Shown: positions 9,373 through 18,197 of the stretch, one piece after another | Layout: each line of letters starts with the position of its first letter | Position numbering within the stretch: position 1 is the first letter of the stretch | From: Myxococcota bacterium | GTDB taxonomy: Bacteria; Myxococcota_A; UBA9160; UBA6930 | Assembly: GCA_965223415.1 (NCBI GenBank) | Contig: OZ245002.1 | Span: forward strand, 2,848,001-2,912,000 | DNA length: 64,000 nucleotides | Reading direction: 5' to 3' | Notes under the pieces: model-generated | Told to the model about the DNA's origin: nothing | The model's database searches: none | What the model saw: the letters and a program-made list of their open reading frames with translations, nothing else | Made by a program: the position numbers and the translations under genes

Positions 9373-10106
9373 AGCGCTTCCTGATCGGGCTCTCCGTCAC
9401 GGTCAACCTGCTGGTGCTGGCCGGTGCGATCTGGGTCGCGACGGGCGCGCCCCTGCGCGCCGCGGTCCGCGCCTTCGTCCAGCCCGCCCACGACCGCTGG
9501 GTGAGCCAGTTCGCCGTGCTCCCCGTGCAGCCCGGCGACGTCGTCTTCCTCGGCGACTCCATCACAGAGGGCGGCGCCTGGGAGGAGCTCTTTCCGGACG
9601 TCCCCGTCCGCAACCGCGGCATCGGAGGCGACCGCACGCCGGGCGCGCTCGAGCGCCTCGATCAGGTGACGAAGGGCCAGCCGGCCAAGGTCTTCCTGAA
9701 GATCGGCACGAACGACCTCTTCGTCGGCACGCCGGAGGAGGAGATCGCCGCCAACATCGGAACGATCCTCGAGCGCATCGCCAGCGAGTCCCCCGAAACG
9801 AGGGCCTACGTCCAGAGCGTGCTCCCCCGCCAGGCCGAGTGGCGCGAGGCCGTCGAGTCCCTGAACCGCCGCCTCGAAGCCGTCGCCGGCGAGCACGGCG
9901 CCACCTGGGTCGACCTCTACCCCCTCTTCCTCGACCCCGACGACGGCTCGATCCGGGACGACCTCGCCAACGACGAGCTGCACCTGCTGGGCAAGGGCTA
10001 CCTGGTCTGGCGCGACCACATCGACGAGTTGGTCACGAAACGGGGCGAGTTAAGAAGCGGGGCCAGAGTTAAGAATTCAGTTCCCCTTGGGGAACTGAAT
10101 TCTTAA
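9369..10106 (+). CDS. GDSL/SGNH lipase/acylhydrolase with N-terminal membrane anchor
   Basis: FLGDSIT, NRGIGGD, IGTND, DELHL; GTG overlaps argD stop; last ~19 codons lie inside the 10046-10129 palindrome. Confidence 0.85.
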   Translation: MKRFLIGLSVTVNLLVLAGAIWVATGAPLRAAVRAFVQPAHDRWVSQFAVLPVQPGDVVFLGDSITEGGAWEELFPDVPVRNRGIGGDRTPGALERLDQVTKGQPAKVFLKIGTNDLFVGTPEEEIAANIGTILERIASESPETRAYVQSVLPRQAEWREAVESLNRRLEAVAGEHGATWVDLYPLFLDPDDGSIRDDLANDELHLLGKGYLVWRDHIDELVTKRGELRSGARVKNSVPLGELNS

Positions 10107-10129
10107 CTCTGGCCCCGCTTCTTAACTCG
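10046..10129. repeat. Perfect 41-bp-arm inverted repeat (2-nt loop), REP/MITE-like
   Basis: 10046-10086 is the exact reverse complement of 10089-10129; each arm has two copies of gagttaagaa; more AT-rich than flanks. Confidence 0.95.
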
Positions 10130-10955
10130 GTGGGGTCTCGTGCTTGCCGAGGGTCAGGACTTCGGGGCCGTCCTCGGTCACGAGGATGGTGTGCTCCCAC
10201 TGAGCGGAGAGCTTCCCGTCGACGGTGACAGCGGTCCAACCGTCGTCCAGGACCTCGGTCTTCCAGTGGCCCAGGTTGATCATCGGTTCGATCGTGAAGG
10301 TCATGCCGGCGCGCAGGCGGGGGCCGCTGCCGGGGGTGCCGTAGTGGAGCACCGAGGGCGGGCCGTGGAAGTGGCGGCCGATGCCGTGGCCGGTGAACTC
10401 GCGGACCACCTGGTAGCCCTGGGCCTCGGCGAAGCTCTGGATGGCGTGACCGATGTCGCCGACGTAGCTGCCGTCCTTCACGCTGCGGATGCCGAGCCAC
10501 ATGGAGTGCCAGGTGTCCTTCACGAGCTGGCGGGCCACGGGCGAGACGTCACCGATCAGGAAGGTGCGGGAGGAATCGCCGTGCCAGCCCTCCAGCCTGG
10601 GCGTGACGTCGACGTTGACGATATCGCCTTCGCGCAGCACCCGACCCTCGTCCGGGATGCCGTGGCACACCACGTCGTTGACCGAGGTGCAGCAGTGGCC
10701 GGGGAAGGGCGGCGTGCCGTGGTTCACGTACTGGTAGGGCGCGCTGACGGCGCCTGCGGAGCGGGTCATCTCGTCCACGGCGCGGTCGACGGCGGCGGTG
10801 GTGACGCCGGGGCCGATCATGTCCGCTACCGCGTCCAGGATCTCGCTGGCCAGGCGGCCGGCGGCCCGCATACCGCCCGCCTCCTCCGGCGAGAGGAGCG
10901 GCGAGATCGACTTCGGGCGTCCGCTCTGCCGACTCTTCTTCTTGTTCTTCTTCAT
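10122..10955 (-). CDS. map: Type I methionyl aminopeptidase
   Basis: CTSVNDVVCHGIP, NVDVT, HGDSSRTF, GHGIG, FTIEPMIN, SAQWEHTILVT. Confidence 0.93.
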   Translation of the reverse strand: MKKNKKKSRQSGRPKSISPLLSPEEAGGMRAAGRLASEILDAVADMIGPGVTTAAVDRAVDEMTRSAGAVSAPYQYVNHGTPPFPGHCCTSVNDVVCHGIPDEGRVLREGDIVNVDVTPRLEGWHGDSSRTFLIGDVSPVARQLVKDTWHSMWLGIRSVKDGSYVGDIGHAIQSFAEAQGYQVVREFTGHGIGRHFHGPPSVLHYGTPGSGPRLRAGMTFTIEPMINLGHWKTEVLDDGWTAVTVDGKLSAQWEHTILVTEDGPEVLTLGKHETPPS

Positions 10956-10981
10956 CCGCACGAGACCCAGGAGGATATCGG

Positions 10982-13900
10982 CTACACGGCGCCGTCGCTC
11001 AACTCCTCCCGGAGGAGCCCGATCAGGTAGGGCCGCATGCGGGAGGGCTCGACGATCTCCTCCAGGGAGCCCACCTCGAGGGCGCGCTGCACAGAGTGGA
11101 TCTCGTCGAACTCCTGGGCCAGCTCGGCCTGCTTCTCGAGGGTGACGTCGGCCAGCACCTGCTCGTAGGCGGCCCGCCCGTTCTCTCGGCCCCGCGGGCG
11201 CGCGGCAAGCACCCGCTCGTCGGCGGCGGCCCGGGCCCGCACCTCCCGGGGGAACACCACCGCCGCGGCGGGCCCGCCGCCGATCACCGAGGCGTAGGAG
11301 CCGGAGAGGGCGGCGGCCCGCAGGCGCGGGTTCAGCTCGCGGGAGAACACCACGTAGGCGCCGCCGTGATAGCGGGACACGACGAGGAAGAGGATCGGCC
11401 CGTCGAAGTTCACGACGGCGCGCGCGATCTCGGCGCCGTACTCGAGCTGGAGCTTGCGCATCGATTCCGGCGAGCCGTCGAAGCCCGAGAGGTTGGCGAG
11501 GATCACCGCCGGCCGGTTGCCGCTGGCCGCGTTGAGCGCCCGTGCCACCTTCTTGGACGAGAGGGGGAAGAGCGTCCCGCCGGTCCAGGCGTTCGGCCCG
11601 TCCGCCGGGTGGTAGCCTTCTCGCGCCATGCTCTGGCTCTCGATGCCGATCAGCGTGACCGGCGTGCCGCCCAGGTGCGCGTCCCACACGATCGCCATCT
11701 CGGCGCCGACCCAGCCGCGCCAGCGCTCGAGCTGGCCGCCGTCCCGGTCGACCACCGCCTCCATCAGCGGGCGCATCGGGAAGGGGCGCTTGCGGCCCGG
11801 GTTGGTGGCGTCGTCGAAGATCTCTCCGACGCTCGCGAACCCGCCACTCGCCGGATCGAGCGTGACGTCCCGCGCGTCGGTGTCTGTCGTCTCCAGCGGG
11901 CGCGGACGCGCCTCCCCGGGCACGATGTAGCTGTAGCGGTAGTGGTCGTAGAGGATGCGGTAGGCGTCGCCCAGATCGTTGGCGAAGTACTGGGCCTCGC
12001 CGTTGGGGCCCATGATGCGCTCGAAGCCGCCGATCGCCGCCTCGTCCTCGGCGGAGACGGCGCCGGACGCCTCCAGCGCCGCGCGACCGGTGAGCACCAT
12101 CGAGGCGCCCTGGGTCATGATCAGCACGCCCTTGGTGTGCATCAGCATCGTCGCGAGGGAGTCCCAGTAGCTCTGGGCGCCCACGTTCACGCCGGCGACG
12201 ATCACGTGGATCGTGCCGCCGGCTTGGGTGAAGCGGATGATGCGCCGCACCACGCGGGCGGTGGCGTCCAGGTTCTCGGTGCCGCTGTCCATGGCGATGC
12301 GGGCGCCGCTCGAAACCGGGATCCACTCTACGGGGACGCGCAGCTCACAGGCCAGGTCGATGGCCGCCTCGATCCGGGCACACTCGGCGTCGGCCAGGGA
12401 GCCCATGCCCTGGGTGGGATCCGAGAGCACGACCACGCGCTTCATGCCCTCGGGCACCTTCTCGGTGGGCGTCGTCATCACGCCGAACACCACCGAGCAC
12501 TCGTTGCGCCCGTAGGGACGGCCGGAGCAGGGGAGTGCCCGGGGCGCCTCCGCCTGGGGGTCCAGGTCGTACTCGACGAAGCTCCCGGCCGGCAGCCGCG
12601 TGTCCGGATCGCTGCCGTCGCCCTGGCTGCCGGACAGCATGCGGATGATCTCGTAGGGGTAGACGAGTCGGCGGCGGCGGGCCTCGACGACGCGCCGCTC
12701 GTACTCGCTGCGCGGAGAGAGTGCGCCCTCCCGCGGCTTTCGCCACTGGATCGTCATGTTGGCGCCGGTGATGTCGGAGATGACGATCTCGGTCGGTCGC
12801 GAGGGCGCCTCCGGTGCTGCGCGATCCAGGAGCCGCAGGCGCACCACGACCTTCTCGAGCCCGAGGTTGCGGGTGGCCGGCGCGAGCCTGCGGGAGAGCC
12901 GCTCGGCGATCTCGGGATCGAGGAAGACCTCCGGCGCCACGTACACCTGGATGCGGTTCCACTGCAGCCGGCGCTTGGGATCGCGATCGGCGAGCATGCC
13001 GCGGAGCGAGCGCGTCGCCTCGAAGAAGGTGTGCTCGAAGGCGGCCACGTGCAGCGCCGCTTCGCGGCGATCGTCCGGCGAGCGGCTGCGCATGTCGGCC
13101 AGCACGAGGAGCCGCTCGTCGCCCTCCACCTCGCGGCTTCGCCCGTGGAAGCAGTAGACATCCTCGGGGCCCGGCACCCGCTCCAGCTCGAAGTTCCCCA
13201 GCCGGTCGAGATCGATGCGCGCCGCCGCCTCGGGATGGATGCCCAGGTAGGAATCGTCGGCGCGGAAGCCCGTCGGCGTCGGCGCCCAGGTGCGGTGCAG
13301 CGGCGCGCCCTCGCCGCGGATGCCGCTCAGCGTGAGCCGGCCGGCGGGAAGACCGTGACCCAGCACGTCCTCCGCTGCGCGGCCCACCTCCTCGAAAACC
13401 TCTTCCTCGTCGCCACCGGCGAGGGGCACGAAGAGCTCGATCGCGTACACGGCGGGCCACTCGTGGCTGTCCCGCGCAGCGGACGCAGCCTTGACGAGCT
13501 CGCTGGCGATTTCGCCAGTGCGCTCGGGCAGGGCAGTGCCCGCCAGCACGACGCGGCCGCCGGGGAACTCGACGCGCTCCACCCAGTGATCCGCGGCCCG
13601 CTGCGATGCCTGGGCCAGCGGCGAGGCGGGCGAGTAGACCCGACGCAGGTGGCTCGCCAGGGCGATCGAGCGGCGGCGCGGGTCGGGATCGCCGAGCCAC
13701 CGGCCGACCCGGTCGAAGACGGCGCGGGGCGCGTCGGCCAGGTGGAAGAGCACCTCCTCCGGCGGCGCAGTCGGGGCCGACTCGGCCGCCTCGAGCCAGG
13801 CCGTCACCTCCTTGGTGGTGCTCTCGGCCAGACGCTCGATCTCCGGGCGCTCGAAGATCTGGTAGCGGGCGAGGGTCGCGGCGTCGGCCACGGCGTGGGA

Positions 13901-16570
13901 GACGAGGCCGCGCATGCCGGCGATGGTGTCGAGGGCGTCCGCCAGCGCGCGGTCGCCGCCCAGGTGAACGCCCTGTTGGGCGAGCAGCGATGCCCGGCGC
14001 AGGAGGGCCAGCACCAGACGGTCCCGGTGCTCGGGCTCGAGCTGGCTCGCCAGCAGCCGCAGCACGGCGCGCTCGAGGGCGTCGCTGGGCTCCAGCGTCG
14101 CGATGCCGTAGTGGGCGAGGGCGCGCCGCACCAGGTCCAGGTAGTCCTCGGCGAGGCCGGCGCCTGCGGCCCGCAGTCGGCGCACGAACATCCGAAGCCG
14201 CGCGGCGTTGGAGGGGCCCTGATCGCCGGAGACCGAAGCGGCCGGCGAGCGGATGAAGAGCGTCGCCACGTCGGCAAAAGTCACGAGCTCGTTGCGCAGA
14301 TCGGCCAGCTCCCAGCGGAAGCCCTCGCTGAGCCCTTCGGGCAGCGGCGCCTCGAGGAAGGCGGCCAGGCGGTCGGCCCGCTCGGGATTGGCGTCGTAGC
14401 CGAGCAGCACGCGGCGCACCTCGTCGCGCACCGCGAGGGTGGCAGCCCGGCGGATCGCCCGCGGCGTGGCGTCGGCGGCGACGAGATCCGGCCGGCCGAG
14501 CCTCAGCTCCCCCTCGGCAGCGAAGAGCGGCTCGAGCGGATCCGGCAGCTCCTCGAGGGCAATGCGCGTCGAGACGTGCTCCCCGTCTTCGCTCTCGGCG
14601 GACGCGTCGATCACCAGGATCACGTCGCCGGCGGCCACCTGCTCGCCCTTGCGGACGCGCACCTCGCTGACGACGCCGGCGACCGGCGCCTCGAAGGAGA
14701 CCTCCATCTTCATCGCCTCGAGGAGGCCCAGGGGCTGGCCGGCCCGCACGCTCTCGCCGGGCTCCACGTGCACCGCCACCACCATCGCCGGCGCCGCCGC
14801 CCGCACCTGGCCGGCGGTCTGGGAGCCGAAGCGGTGGGTGCGGCCCTCGACCTCGACGCGCAGGCCCGTCTCGGTGACGTCGTAGAGCAGGCGATAGGTG
14901 CGACGCCCGATCTGGAGCCGCGCCGTGTGCTCGCCCTCCTCGCGCAGGGTGGCGGCCACGACGCGGCCGTCGAGGTGCACCCGGTAGCGCCAGCCGCCCA
15001 CCGCGAAGACACCCAGCCGGTACTGGTCGCCTTCGTGGGTGAGAAGGGTTTCCTGGCCCTGGGAGGCGGGGACCCGACCCGGCGCGAGGTTCCCCGGATC
15101 CGCGAACACGTTGAGCCTCGCGATCGCCCGGTTGCGCTGGTAGGAGAGGATCGACGCGGCGACCAGCGCCGGCACCGCATGTTCGCGCTCGGCCTTCGCG
15201 GCGACCAGGCGATCGAGCCAGGTCGTATCGACGCCGCCGGCGCGGAAGTCCTCGTGCTCGAGGATCTCCAGCAGGTAGCCCTTGTTGGTCGTCCCGCCCT
15301 CGATCACCAGGTCGAAGTCCGAGAGCGCCGAGGCCAACCGCGCCCGCGCCTCCTCGCGGGTCGCGCCGGTCGCGATGACCTTCGCGACGAGGGAGTCGAA
15401 GGCCGGGGGCACCTCGCTCCCGGCGGCGACGCCGGAATCGAGCCGCACCCGCGGGCCCAGGGCGGGATCGAAGCGGGCGATGCGGCCGGGGGCCGGCAGG
15501 AAGCCGGCGTCCGGATCCTCCGCGCACACCCGCGCCTCGATCGCCGCTCCGTCCTTCCGGATCTCGAGGTGCGCGATCGTTTCGCCACGGGCGATGCGGA
15601 TCTGCGTCTGGACCAGGTCGACGCCGGCGATCTCCTCGGTGATCCCGTGCTCGACCTGCAGGCGCGGGTTCATCTCGAGGAAGAAGAGATCGTCCCCGGA
15701 GACCAGGAACTCGACGGTGCCGACGCCCTCGTAGCCCACGCGCTCGGCCAGGCGCACGGCGTCGGCCTCGAGGCGCTCGACCTGGGCGTCGGTCAGGTGG
15801 GGCGGCGGCCCCTCCTCGATCACCTTCTGGTGGCGGCGCTGGACCGAGCAGTCGCGGCAGCCGATCGCACGCACCACGCCGTCGCGATCGGCCGCGATCT
15901 GCACCTCGATGTGGCGGCCGCCTTCGACCTTCTTCTCCAGGAAGAGCCGGCCGTCTCCGAAGGCGCTCTCGGCTTCGGCGGCGGCGGATCGGTAGGCCTC
16001 GGCCAGCTGGTCCGGGGTGTCGACGACGCGGATGCCGCGGCCGCCGCCGCCGGCGGACGCCTTGATCACCAGCGGGTAGCCGATGCGCTCGGCGTGCTGC
16101 TCCGCGTCCTCCAGGGCGGCGAGCTCGCCGCCGCTCCAGGCGGTCACCGGCACGCCGGCGCGCTCCGCCAGACGCTTCGAGCCGATCTTGTCGCCGAGGG
16201 CGCGCATGGCGTCCGCACCAGGGCCGAGGAAGCGGATGCCCTCCGCCGCCAGACGCTCGACGAAGCGGGGATGCTCCGCAACGAAGCCCCAGCCCGGCCA
16301 GACGGCGTCGGCCTGGGCCTTGCGCAGGGCGGCCACGAGCCCGTCGTGGTCGAGGTAGGCGGCGACCTCGCCGTTCGGCGAAGGCAGGAGCACCGCGTCG
16401 TCGGCGTGACGGACGAAGGGCGCGTCTCGGTCGATCTCGGTGTAGAGGGCGACGGCACGCAGCTCCGACGCCTCCTCGCTGCGCAGCGCCTTGATGGCGC
16501 GGATGCAGCGCATCGCTGCCTCGCCCCGGTTCACGATGGCGATCCGCTCGATGGGCTCGAAGCGGTTCAC
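10982..16570 (-). CDS. Single-chain multidomain acyl/acetyl-CoA carboxylase (BC-BT-BCCP-central region-CT, 1862 aa)
   Basis: BC motifs NRGEAA, KASAGGGGRG, RDCSVQRRHQK, FLEMNPRLQVEH; biotin motif EAMKM; CT motifs SSGARI, LTGRAAL, ANLSGFDGS, YHGGAYVV; GTG 16570 overlaps PPTase stop. Confidence 0.9.
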   Translation of the reverse strand: MNRFEPIERIAIVNRGEAAMRCIRAIKALRSEEASELRAVALYTEIDRDAPFVRHADDAVLLPSPNGEVAAYLDHDGLVAALRKAQADAVWPGWGFVAEHPRFVERLAAEGIRFLGPGADAMRALGDKIGSKRLAERAGVPVTAWSGGELAALEDAEQHAERIGYPLVIKASAGGGGRGIRVVDTPDQLAEAYRSAAAEAESAFGDGRLFLEKKVEGGRHIEVQIAADRDGVVRAIGCRDCSVQRRHQKVIEEGPPPHLTDAQVERLEADAVRLAERVGYEGVGTVEFLVSGDDLFFLEMNPRLQVEHGITEEIAGVDLVQTQIRIARGETIAHLEIRKDGAAIEARVCAEDPDAGFLPAPGRIARFDPALGPRVRLDSGVAAGSEVPPAFDSLVAKVIATGATREEARARLASALSDFDLVIEGGTTNKGYLLEILEHEDFRAGGVDTTWLDRLVAAKAEREHAVPALVAASILSYQRNRAIARLNVFADPGNLAPGRVPASQGQETLLTHEGDQYRLGVFAVGGWRYRVHLDGRVVAATLREEGEHTARLQIGRRTYRLLYDVTETGLRVEVEGRTHRFGSQTAGQVRAAAPAMVVAVHVEPGESVRAGQPLGLLEAMKMEVSFEAPVAGVVSEVRVRKGEQVAAGDVILVIDASAESEDGEHVSTRIALEELPDPLEPLFAAEGELRLGRPDLVAADATPRAIRRAATLAVRDEVRRVLLGYDANPERADRLAAFLEAPLPEGLSEGFRWELADLRNELVTFADVATLFIRSPAASVSGDQGPSNAARLRMFVRRLRAAGAGLAEDYLDLVRRALAHYGIATLEPSDALERAVLRLLASQLEPEHRDRLVLALLRRASLLAQQGVHLGGDRALADALDTIAGMRGLVSHAVADAATLARYQIFERPEIERLAESTTKEVTAWLEAAESAPTAPPEEVLFHLADAPRAVFDRVGRWLGDPDPRRRSIALASHLRRVYSPASPLAQASQRAADHWVERVEFPGGRVVLAGTALPERTGEIASELVKAASAARDSHEWPAVYAIELFVPLAGGDEEEVFEEVGRAAEDVLGHGLPAGRLTLSGIRGEGAPLHRTWAPTPTGFRADDSYLGIHPEAAARIDLDRLGNFELERVPGPEDVYCFHGRSREVEGDERLLVLADMRSRSPDDRREAALHVAAFEHTFFEATRSLRGMLADRDPKRRLQWNRIQVYVAPEVFLDPEIAERLSRRLAPATRNLGLEKVVVRLRLLDRAAPEAPSRPTEIVISDITGANMTIQWRKPREGALSPRSEYERRVVEARRRRLVYPYEIIRMLSGSQGDGSDPDTRLPAGSFVEYDLDPQAEAPRALPCSGRPYGRNECSVVFGVMTTPTEKVPEGMKRVVVLSDPTQGMGSLADAECARIEAAIDLACELRVPVEWIPVSSGARIAMDSGTENLDATARVVRRIIRFTQAGGTIHVIVAGVNVGAQSYWDSLATMLMHTKGVLIMTQGASMVLTGRAALEASGAVSAEDEAAIGGFERIMGPNGEAQYFANDLGDAYRILYDHYRYSYIVPGEARPRPLETTDTDARDVTLDPASGGFASVGEIFDDATNPGRKRPFPMRPLMEAVVDRDGGQLERWRGWVGAEMAIVWDAHLGGTPVTLIGIESQSMAREGYHPADGPNAWTGGTLFPLSSKKVARALNAASGNRPAVILANLSGFDGSPESMRKLQLEYGAEIARAVVNFDGPILFLVVSRYHGGAYVVFSRELNPRLRAAALSGSYASVIGGGPAAAVVFPREVRARAAADERVLAARPRGRENGRAAYEQVLADVTLEKQAELAQEFDEIHSVQRALEVGSLEEIVEPSRMRPYLIGLLREELSDGAV

Positions 16571-17184
16571 GCGCGGGCCTCCCGCCACCAGGCGCCCGCG
16601 CCCTGGCGCAGGTCGGCGGCGAAGGCCACGAAACCGCCGTGGTGGGAGAGGGAGAGGTCCACGTCCACGGGCTCGCCGGCGGCCAGGACGACCGGGATGC
16701 GTCCGACCCGGTCGATCTCGAGCTCCTCGGCGGGAAGCTCGAGCCGGGTCGCGAGCTCCCGGCGCACCCGGGCGCGCAGGGCCTTGCCCGCGAGCGCTTC
16801 GCCGCCGTCCCAGGCCACGACCTGCAGCAGCACTTCGCCCCCGTCGGGCTCCTCGTCGCTGGCGATCGCGTGGAGGCGACCCTGCGCTTCGTCGACCGTC
16901 ACGGGCAGGGTGCCCCCCGGATGACGGACGACTCCACGCAGGGTCGCATCCAAATCGACTTCGAATCGCGGCGGCGAGAACACGGCGCGGCGATCGAGCT
17001 TGCGAGCCACTTTGTAGGCCGCCTCCTTCGCGGCCCAGAAGATCCAGCGCAGCCGCTCCGGCGCGCCGCTCGCGCGGAGCGACTCGAGCTCGGCGGGCGA
17101 GAAGACGCGGGCGTCCCAACGCGGATGCCGACCCGGAGCGTGCACCTCCGGGTCCCCGAGATCGACGACGTCATTGCCGATCAT
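16567..17184 (-). CDS. 4'-phosphopantetheinyl transferase
   Basis: MIGNDVVDL, FWAAKEAAYK, LSLSHHG. Confidence 0.88.
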   Translation of the reverse strand: MIGNDVVDLGDPEVHAPGRHPRWDARVFSPAELESLRASGAPERLRWIFWAAKEAAYKVARKLDRRAVFSPPRFEVDLDATLRGVVRHPGGTLPVTVDEAQGRLHAIASDEEPDGGEVLLQVVAWDGGEALAGKALRARVRRELATRLELPAEELEIDRVGRIPVVLAAGEPVDVDLSLSHHGGFVAFAADLRQGAGAWWREARA

Positions 17185-17923
17185 CGAAGTGCCTCGCTTC
17201 CATCTCGGCCAGCTGGCCGACGATTTGGCGCGCCAGGTCGACGGAGCCCCGCAACCCCTTGTGGTCGGTCTTCGGCTCGAGCACGCTCGAGGTGACGTCG
17301 AAGACGTCGCCCCGGGCCGGCGAATCCGTCCACGTCTCCTGACGCCGTCCGCGCAGGTAGACGCAGAGGACGCGGCACCCAGGAACCGTGCTCACGAGGC
17401 GCCCGACACCGTAGGCCGCTCCCTCATGGTCGACGCGTCCCGTGCGGCTCCTGCCGCCTTCCGGGAAGATCAGCACCGATTCGCCTCGGCCGAGCAGGAA
17501 GCCGACCTTCTCGAGCGTCTTCGCCACCTCGGCGCGATCGGAGCCACGCTTCACGGGCACGCACTTGAGCAGGTAGACCAGCGCCCGCTTCCACCAGGTG
17601 GAGGCGAAGTTCAGCTCCTCCGGCGTGTTCCAGGGCAGCCAGTGGAAGTGGCGCAGAAAGGTGCCCATCCCTCCGAGTGCCCAGGCGATGGCGAAGGAAT
17701 CGAACATCGTCAGGTGGTTCGCGCACACGAGAACCGGCGCGTCCGACTCGCTGCGGAGTCGGGCGTACTCCCGCCGCACGCGATCCGCTCCCTCCAGCCG
17801 CCACCGCATCACGAAGACCATGATGGCGGTGAACGCCGGGATCCACAGGAGCGAGAGCCCCCGACTGATCCGGAGCTGGAGGAGCAGCGCGCGACGATCC
17901 CTCGCCTCGAGCGCGTTCGCCAC
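17171..17923 (-). CDS. PlsC-like acyl-glycerol-3-phosphate/lysophospholipid acyltransferase
   Basis: HX4D motif NHLTMFD, FPEGGRS, N-terminal hydrophobic helix. Confidence 0.85.
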   Translation of the reverse strand: MANALEARDRRALLLQLRISRGLSLLWIPAFTAIMVFVMRWRLEGADRVRREYARLRSESDAPVLVCANHLTMFDSFAIAWALGGMGTFLRHFHWLPWNTPEELNFASTWWKRALVYLLKCVPVKRGSDRAEVAKTLEKVGFLLGRGESVLIFPEGGRSRTGRVDHEGAAYGVGRLVSTVPGCRVLCVYLRGRRQETWTDSPARGDVFDVTSSVLEPKTDHKGLRGSVDLARQIVGQLAEMEARHFDDRQ

Positions 17924-17934
17924 GAAGGGATGCT

Positions 17935-18180
17935 CTAGAGCTTCTCGGCGATCAGCCCGACGCAGTCACCGACGGTGTTCACCGCGTCGACGTCCTCGTC
18001 GGCGATCTCGATGTCGAACTCGTCCTCGAAGGCGAGCACCACGTCGACCAGCCGGGCCGAGTTGACCTTCAGGTCCTCGAGGATGTTCGTGGCGCCGGAC
18101 ACGCTGGCCAGGGCGTCCTGGTCCTTCACATAGGGCGTCAGGATCTTCACCACGCGTTCCTGGATCTCGGTCGTTTCCAT
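17935..18180 (-). CDS. Acyl carrier protein
   Basis: 81 aa, acidic; DLKVNSARLVDVVLAFEDEFDIEI...TVGD; Ser in NS rather than DS context; AAGGAG RBS. Confidence 0.9.
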   Translation of the reverse strand: METTEIQERVVKILTPYVKDQDALASVSGATNILEDLKVNSARLVDVVLAFEDEFDIEIADEDVDAVNTVGDCVGLIAEKL

Positions 18181-18197
18181 CGTTCTTCTCCTTGGTG

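Noticed and set aside
11096..16924. 1942-aa plus-strand ORF and similar giant ORFs (2403-6404, 12345-15527, 23259-25811, 26095-31494, 52306-54798)
   Set aside because: Antisense or off-frame shadows of motif-bearing genes; expected at high GC; low-complexity composition and no motifs
16571..17119. 183-aa N-terminal extension of the carboxylase ORF suggesting a PPTase-ACC fusion
   Set aside because: The extension is off-frame overlap with the PPTase gene, which has its own stop; the GTGA overlap supports a start at 16570
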